Below, piece by piece: positions 26,914 through 32,000 of a stretch of DNA of 32,000 nt (positions are counted from its first letter, which is position 1; every line of letters starts with the position of its first letter). The translations under genes were made by a program, and so were the position numbers. Origin of the DNA: Methylophaga frappieri (lineage in GTDB: Bacteria > Pseudomonadota > Gammaproteobacteria > Nitrosococcales > Methylophagaceae); NCBI RefSeq assembly GCF_000260965.1, contig NC_017856.1, positions 2,250,001-2,282,000 on the forward strand, written 5' to 3'. The notes beneath the pieces are model-generated. The model searched no databases and was not told the DNA's origin. It saw only the letters and a list, made by a program, of their open reading frames with translations.

Positions 26914-28356
26914 ATGAATAAGCCAACCAAGCTTATTTCAGTCATTATGTGTGGTGGTGCCGGCTCTCGGCTGTGGCCTTTGTCTCGTGCCGAACACCCG
27001 AAACCGTTTATTGAAATGCCGGATCGGCAAAGTCTGATCAAAAAAGCAGCCTTGCGCGCTGCCGCATTGCCGGGCGCGGTCGAGCTGTTGGTGGTTTCCA
27101 ATGAAGCACTGTTATTTAATCTTCACGATGAAATTGCCCCGGTGATTGCGCCGGACCAGAAATTAACTTATCTCTTGGAGCCGGTTGCCAAAAACACCAC
27201 AGCGGCTATTGCTGCGGCCGTTCATCGGATTATTGCCGTGCATGGCGAAGATGCCACATTAATGGTGTTATCTGCAGATCATCTAATCGAAGACGAACTG
27301 GCTTTTGCCAATGCCGTGAATGAAGCCGTGACCTTATCGGCGCAAGACTATCTGGTGTCTTTCGGGATCAAGCCGGATCGTCCGGAAACCGGCTTTGGCT
27401 ATTTGCAGATCACCGATGACAAAGTCAGCAAGTTTATAGAAAAGCCCCAGCGTGAAGAAGCTGAAAAACTGGTGGCATCAGGTGATTATTACTGGAACGC
27501 TGGTATGTTCTGTTTTAAAGCCAGTGTTATGCGTCAGGAATTAGCCGAGTACTGTCCCGCCATTTTGCAAGCTACGCAAAAGGCCGTCGCCTTGTCTGGT
27601 CAGATTCGGCTTAATGATGCGCTGGTATTACGGTTGGCGGCCGAGCACTTTCAGGATATTGAAGACATTTCCATCGATTATGCGGTCATGGAAAAAACCC
27701 GTCATGCGGCGGCGGTCGCCTGTGATATTGGCTGGCATGATGTTGGCTCTTGGCAGGCATTGAGTGAAATTTATGAGCATGACAACGATGGCAATGCAAT
27801 TCGTGCTGAGGTGTGTCTGCATCAGGCAAAAAATTCGTTCTTTTACAGTGACGACAGGTTGATTGGCGCGGTTGGGGTAGAGAATTTGATTATTGTTGAT
27901 ACACCTGATGCGATTTTGGTAGCAGATAAAGCGGCCAGTCAGGATGTGAGGCAGATCTACAAGGCGCTGAAACAGCAGGATCATCCGACACATCGGTTTC
28001 ACAACAAGGTTTATCGCCCATGGGGCAGTTATACGGTATTAGAGGTTGCCGACCATTACAAAATAAAACGAATTGAAGTGAACCCGGGCGCCAGCCTCAG
28101 TTTGCAATCGCATCAATACCGCTCAGAACATTGGGTCGTGATTGAAGGCACGGCACTGGTGATTAACGACGATAAACAATTGACGATTGCCCAGAATGAA
28201 TCGACCTACATCCATGCAGGACATAAACATCGCCTAAGTAATCCATACACTGAAAAGCTAGTCATTATTGAAGTACAGACGGGTGATTATGTTGGGGAAG
28301 ATGACATTAAGCGTTATGAGGATGTTTACGGTAGAGTCAGGAATTTACCTGCTTAA
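26914..28356 (+). CDS. manC: Bifunctional mannose-1-phosphate guanylyltransferase / mannose-6-phosphate isomerase (ManC/AlgA/XanB type)
   Basis: The 480-aa product has the N-terminal nucleotidyltransferase motif CGGAGSRLWPLSR, the FIEKP block and a C-terminal cupin (RPWGSY....HYKIKRIEV.PG..LSLQ.H..R.EHWVV..G.A). Confidence 0.9.
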   Translation: MNKPTKLISVIMCGGAGSRLWPLSRAEHPKPFIEMPDRQSLIKKAALRAAALPGAVELLVVSNEALLFNLHDEIAPVIAPDQKLTYLLEPVAKNTTAAIAAAVHRIIAVHGEDATLMVLSADHLIEDELAFANAVNEAVTLSAQDYLVSFGIKPDRPETGFGYLQITDDKVSKFIEKPQREEAEKLVASGDYYWNAGMFCFKASVMRQELAEYCPAILQATQKAVALSGQIRLNDALVLRLAAEHFQDIEDISIDYAVMEKTRHAAAVACDIGWHDVGSWQALSEIYEHDNDGNAIRAEVCLHQAKNSFFYSDDRLIGAVGVENLIIVDTPDAILVADKAASQDVRQIYKALKQQDHPTHRFHNKVYRPWGSYTVLEVADHYKIKRIEVNPGASLSLQSHQYRSEHWVVIEGTALVINDDKQLTIAQNESTYIHAGHKHRLSNPYTEKLVIIEVQTGDYVGEDDIKRYEDVYGRVRNLPA

Positions 28357-28401
28357 CTCTTGAAAAAAATCACTTAGTCCCCAGCTAGTCAAACAGTTGT
28401 G

Positions 28402-28436
28402 TAACGGGTGCGGTACAATACCCCGTTAACTTTTTT
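28402..28436 (+). terminator. Putative rho-independent terminator after manC
   Basis: The stem TAACGGG (28402-28408) / CCCGTTA (28422-28428) encloses a 13-nt loop and is followed by AC and TTTTTT (28431-28436). Confidence 0.5.
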
Positions 28437-28461
28437 GCGATCTTGGATATAAGCTGGCCGT

Positions 28462-30177
28462 ATGGCACAAAAAAAACAAAAAACAGACCTCCATAAAGCT
28501 TTGGGGTTATGTCGACAATCGTTTCTGACCGCTGGATTTTTCAGTCTTTTCATTAATGCACTCATGCTGGTGCCTGCGATTTACATGTTGCAGCTTTACG
28601 ACAGAGTCATTACCAGCGGTAGCGAATCCACCTTATTGATGCTGACAATTATTGTTGTCGTGCTGTTTATTACGTTGGGCTTGTTAGAGTGGGTACGGTC
28701 GCGAATTTTAATTAAAGTCGGGACGCGACTCGATCTATTATTAAATGCGCGGCTTTTCGATGCGACGTTTAAAAGTTCATTAATGACGGGAAAGGGCAGC
28801 TCGCAACCATTAGATGATTTACGGGGATTGCGTCAATTTTTAAGTGGTAACGGCATGTTTGCCTTTTTTGATTCTCCGTGGGTACCGATTTACATAGCGG
28901 TGATGTACTTATTCCATCCTTGGTATGGCACGGTTGCGGTTATTACGGTCATTATTTTATTGACCTTGGCATTAATAAATGAAAAGCGGACCAATAAGCC
29001 ACTTCAAGAAGCCAATGTCATTTCTATCGAGCAGCGCGAACAACTGAACAAAAATCTGCGCAATGCGGAAGTAGTCCAGTCGATGGGGATGCTGAATGGT
29101 CTGCGCCAACGTTGGAATAGCTCTTCGGAAAAAATTCTAGAATTACAAGAAAGTGCTAGTAAAAAGGGGGGCAGTATCTCAACACTGTCCAAAAATATTC
29201 GTCTCATGTCCCAGTCCTTGATTCTAGGTTTGGGTGCCTATCTAGTGCTGGAGCAGCAAATTACGCCTGGTTTGATGATTGCCGGTTCTATTTTGCTTGG
29301 CCGGGCGCTGGCACCAATTGATCTCATGATTAATGCTTGGAAAGGATTCATCGCTGCCCGTGGTCAGTATGGTCGATTGAATGAGTTGTTGACTAAAATT
29401 CCGAATGAAGAAGAGCGGATGCCCCTGCCAGCCCCAGAGGGAAATTTACAGGCTGAAAGTATTATTGTTGTACCGCCAGGGGGGAGAGTCCCGGTCATAC
29501 AAGGTGTCAATTTTGAGCTCAAAGCCGGCCAGTCGCTGGGTATCATCGGGCCGAGTGCGGCAGGTAAATCGACGTTGGCCCGCGCCTTATTGGGTATCTG
29601 GCCTGTTGCCAACGGCAAGGTTAGGTTAGACGGCGCTGATGTCTATGACTGGAAGCGTGAGGAATTGGGTCCGTACATCGGTTATTTACCTCAGGATGTT
29701 GAATTATTTGATGGCACGATCAGCGAGAATATTGCCCGTTTTGGCGAAGTTGATCCGGCGGCTGTTGTTGATGCAGCCAAAAAAGCCGATGTACACGATA
29801 TGATTCTTGCCCTTGAACAAGGTTATGACACCAAAATATCAGGTACCGGCGGCGTATTATCCGGCGGGCAACGGCAACGGATTGGCCTTGCCAGAGCGAT
29901 TTACGGTAACCCGCGTTTAGTCTTGCTGGATGAACCCAATGCCAATCTGGATGACAAAGGAGAATTGGCTTTGGCTGGAGCGATAGAAAAAGTCAAAGCC
30001 CATGGTACGACCTTAATCATTATTTCTCATAAAAAAGGCATTTTGGGTCAGCTGGATAACCTGTTGATGATGCGTGATGGTTATCAAGTGGCTTATGGTT
30101 CGAAAGAAGATGTGATGAAGCATATCCAGCAAAGTACGCAAGCAATCAAAAATACTGCAACAACGGCCCAATCATGA
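28462..30177 (+). CDS. Type I secretion system ABC permease/ATPase (PrtD/AprD group, no N-terminal C39/CLD domain)
   Basis: The 571-aa product has an N-terminus typical of the PrtD family (FFSLFINALMLVPAIYMLQLYDRV), Walker A GPSAAGKST, the signature LSGGQRQRIGLARA and Walker B LVLLDEPNANLD. Confidence 0.9.
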   Translation: MAQKKQKTDLHKALGLCRQSFLTAGFFSLFINALMLVPAIYMLQLYDRVITSGSESTLLMLTIIVVVLFITLGLLEWVRSRILIKVGTRLDLLLNARLFDATFKSSLMTGKGSSQPLDDLRGLRQFLSGNGMFAFFDSPWVPIYIAVMYLFHPWYGTVAVITVIILLTLALINEKRTNKPLQEANVISIEQREQLNKNLRNAEVVQSMGMLNGLRQRWNSSSEKILELQESASKKGGSISTLSKNIRLMSQSLILGLGAYLVLEQQITPGLMIAGSILLGRALAPIDLMINAWKGFIAARGQYGRLNELLTKIPNEEERMPLPAPEGNLQAESIIVVPPGGRVPVIQGVNFELKAGQSLGIIGPSAAGKSTLARALLGIWPVANGKVRLDGADVYDWKREELGPYIGYLPQDVELFDGTISENIARFGEVDPAAVVDAAKKADVHDMILALEQGYDTKISGTGGVLSGGQRQRIGLARAIYGNPRLVLLDEPNANLDDKGELALAGAIEKVKAHGTTLIIISHKKGILGQLDNLLMMRDGYQVAYGSKEDVMKHIQQSTQAIKNTATTAQS

Positions 30178-31523
30178 AAGATATAACTGAATTTAACAGC
30201 GACGCGACGCGGGCTAAAGCGGAGCAGTCCCAATCGTCACTTTCTGTTTCAGACCGGCCTTACCGTTGGTTCGGTGTCTTGGTGTTGTTGCTGACATTTG
30301 GGATTTTTGGCGGTTGGGCTTATACCGCCAAAATAGACAATGCGTCACTAGCGCCGGGCTTTGTCAGTGTTAAATACAATAGTAAATCAGTACAGCATTT
30401 GGATGGTGGCATCGTGACAGAGCTGAACGTCCGTGAAGGTGATCTGGTCGAAGCGGGAGACGTGCTGATTGTATTGGATGATACACAAATTCGAGCTCAG
30501 CGCGATATTACGATGGGACAACTATTGTCTTTGAGTGCTTTGGAGTCGCGTCTCATTGCAGAGCAAACCTGGCAGGAAAAAGTTGATTATCCCGAGTTGT
30601 TGCAAGTCGCTGATGATCCGCGGGCGGCCGAAGCCATGATGGTTGAAAATGAAATTTTCAAGGCACGTCGAGAATCCATGACTGGTGAAGTCAAAGTGCT
30701 GGAACAACGTATTCAACAATTACGTAATCGGCGCGTGGGTCTGGAAGCGCAACGTGACAGTAATGAAAGGCTGACCAAGTCCCTGACCGAGGAAATCGAT
30801 GAGTTGCGTGATCTGCTCAAAGAAGGATTCGCTGAAAAACAACGTCTGCGCGAGCGCGAGCGTCAGTTTAATGAGGCGGAAGGATCTATTGGCGAATTGA
30901 CTGCCGAGATTGCGGCCCTTGATGTTCAGATTGGTGAAACCCGACTGGAAATTCTGCAATTGCGTAAAGAACGCAGTGAAGAAGTTGCCACCCGGTTGGC
31001 AGAAGTTCAAAACAGTCTCTTTGATGTCCGTGAAAAACTGACTGCTCAGGAAGATGTATTGAGAAAAACCCAGATTCTAGCACCGGTCACAGGCAAAGTG
31101 CTGGGCTTGGCTGTCCATACAATTGGTGGGGTTATCGGGCCGAGAGAACGAATCATGGAAATTGTGCCTGAAGACGAAGAGTTAGCCATTATTGCTAGAG
31201 TGAATCCGATAGATATTGACCGTGTGTCGGTTGGTCAGTCAGCCGAAGTCCGGTTCAGCGCTTTCCACTTTGGTACGACACCACGCATGTTTGCAGAAGT
31301 GGTTAAAGTATCGCCAGATCGGATTCAAGATAGAGACAGTAAGGAGGTTTATTACGAAGCCCGTCTGGAAGTGACAACCGAGAGTTTGCTGGAGATGAAT
31401 AATTTGGTCGTTTTACCGGGTATGCCGGCCGAGGTGTTGATTTCATCCGGTGAGCGCACTCTCTTTGAATATCTGTCCAAACCGGTGACCGATGCCTTCT
31501 CCCGTGCTTTTTTAGAAGAATAG
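30174..31523 (+). CDS. Type I secretion membrane fusion protein (HlyD/AprE family)
   Basis: It has a single N-terminal TM helix (FGVLVLLLTFGIFGGWAY), a lipoyl-like hairpin (V.EGD.V..G..L..LD), a long coiled coil and a C-terminal beta domain ending in PGMP.EV.I..GERTL..YL..P. The ATG overlaps the ABC stop (ATGA). Confidence 0.9.
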   Translation: MKDITEFNSDATRAKAEQSQSSLSVSDRPYRWFGVLVLLLTFGIFGGWAYTAKIDNASLAPGFVSVKYNSKSVQHLDGGIVTELNVREGDLVEAGDVLIVLDDTQIRAQRDITMGQLLSLSALESRLIAEQTWQEKVDYPELLQVADDPRAAEAMMVENEIFKARRESMTGEVKVLEQRIQQLRNRRVGLEAQRDSNERLTKSLTEEIDELRDLLKEGFAEKQRLRERERQFNEAEGSIGELTAEIAALDVQIGETRLEILQLRKERSEEVATRLAEVQNSLFDVREKLTAQEDVLRKTQILAPVTGKVLGLAVHTIGGVIGPRERIMEIVPEDEELAIIARVNPIDIDRVSVGQSAEVRFSAFHFGTTPRMFAEVVKVSPDRIQDRDSKEVYYEARLEVTTESLLEMNNLVVLPGMPAEVLISSGERTLFEYLSKPVTDAFSRAFLEE

Positions 31524-31535
31524 CGAGCCTAGACT

Positions 31536-32000
31536 ATGTTGCGAAGACCGTCTTTTTTTCTAGTCATACTTCTTACAGTCAGTTTTTCAAAGCAGATATT
31601 GGCGCAGGATCTGGTCGCCATCTATCAACAGGTTGAACTGTCTGATCCTCGTTTGTTGATCGGCCATCAAAATTACCAGATCGGCGAAGCCCGACAGCGG
31701 CAAGCCTTAGGTGAGTTATTGCCACAGGCCAACTTTAGCAGCAGTCTGACCAGTACAGAGCGGGAGGTGGATGACCTCGACTCGTTCGAGCAATTTGGTG
31801 GTGAACGTTATGCCATCTCCGTGCGTCAACCGTTATTCAATATGGAGCGGTTTCGTTCATGGCAACGGGCCAAATCCGTTACCGAACAGTTTGGTTATAA
31901 ACGTGACGATACGGTAGCTAAGGTAAGGCTGGATACAATTGAACGTTATTTTCAATATCTAAAAGCCAAAGATGAATTAAACCTGATCACTGAAGACAAG
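31536..32000 (+). CDS. TolC-family outer-membrane factor of the T1SS (5' part, truncated by the window end)
   Basis: I translated this by hand (it is not in the ORF track because no stop is reached): MLRRPSFFLVILLTVSFSKQILAQDLVAIYQQVELSDPRLL...ARQRQALGELLPQANFSSSL. It has a signal peptide followed by the typical TolC/AprF N-terminal repeat pattern. It starts 12 nt after the MFP gene. Confidence 0.75.
   Translation, partial: MLRRPSFFLVILLTVSFSKQILAQDLVAIYQQVELSDPRLLIGHQNYQIGEARQRQALGELLPQANFSSSLTSTEREVDDLDSFEQFGGERYAISVRQPLFNMERFRSWQRAKSVTEQFGYKRDDTVAKVRLDTIERYFQYLKAKDELNLITEDK

Overview
This window reads as a densely packed core-chromosome segment of a gammaproteobacterium; I cannot place it more precisely. 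I support about 32 protein-coding genes, nearly all housekeeping. On the + strand, 139-4549 holds rsmE, a DUF3301 gene, prmC, moeB, an MPN-like gene and pmbA. On the - strand, 4560-7890 holds yciB, yciI, a bolA-family gene and a large PilZ-like gene. Next come trpH(yciV), yciO, an acyltransferase and clpB (+), then an FNT transporter, a PAS-GGDEF-EAL gene and an SDR gene (-). These are followed by an orphan cheR, a DUF4126 gene, a Nif3-like gene and yihY. The block coaBC-dut-algC-argB-slmA has the dfp-dut-algC-argB order I remember from Pseudomonas. The window ends with a degenerate stand-alone receiver, manC and an ABC-MFP-OMP type I secretion operon that runs off the 3' edge. I found no rRNA, tRNA, CRISPR array, transposase, integrase or phage gene, and no obvious compositional island. 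I do not see a clear-cut novel multi-gene system such as a defence island. The most interesting points are: (1) a 723-aa protein with two degenerate PilZ-like modules, tightly coupled to yciB-yciI-bolA; (2) clpB broken by a short frameshifting deletion despite an intact sigma32-type promoter; (3) a 415-codon membrane-anchored acidic N-terminal extension in frame with AlgC; (4) a NarL-like pseudo-receiver with no output domain, translationally coupled to slmA; (5) a MoeB-type E1-like enzyme coupled to an MPN/JAMM-like protein that lacks the catalytic residues; (6) a PrtD/AprD-type T1SS next to GDP-mannose genes, with no substrate gene in view. All family assignments rest on motif recognition by eye and recalled homolog sequences, not on database searches.
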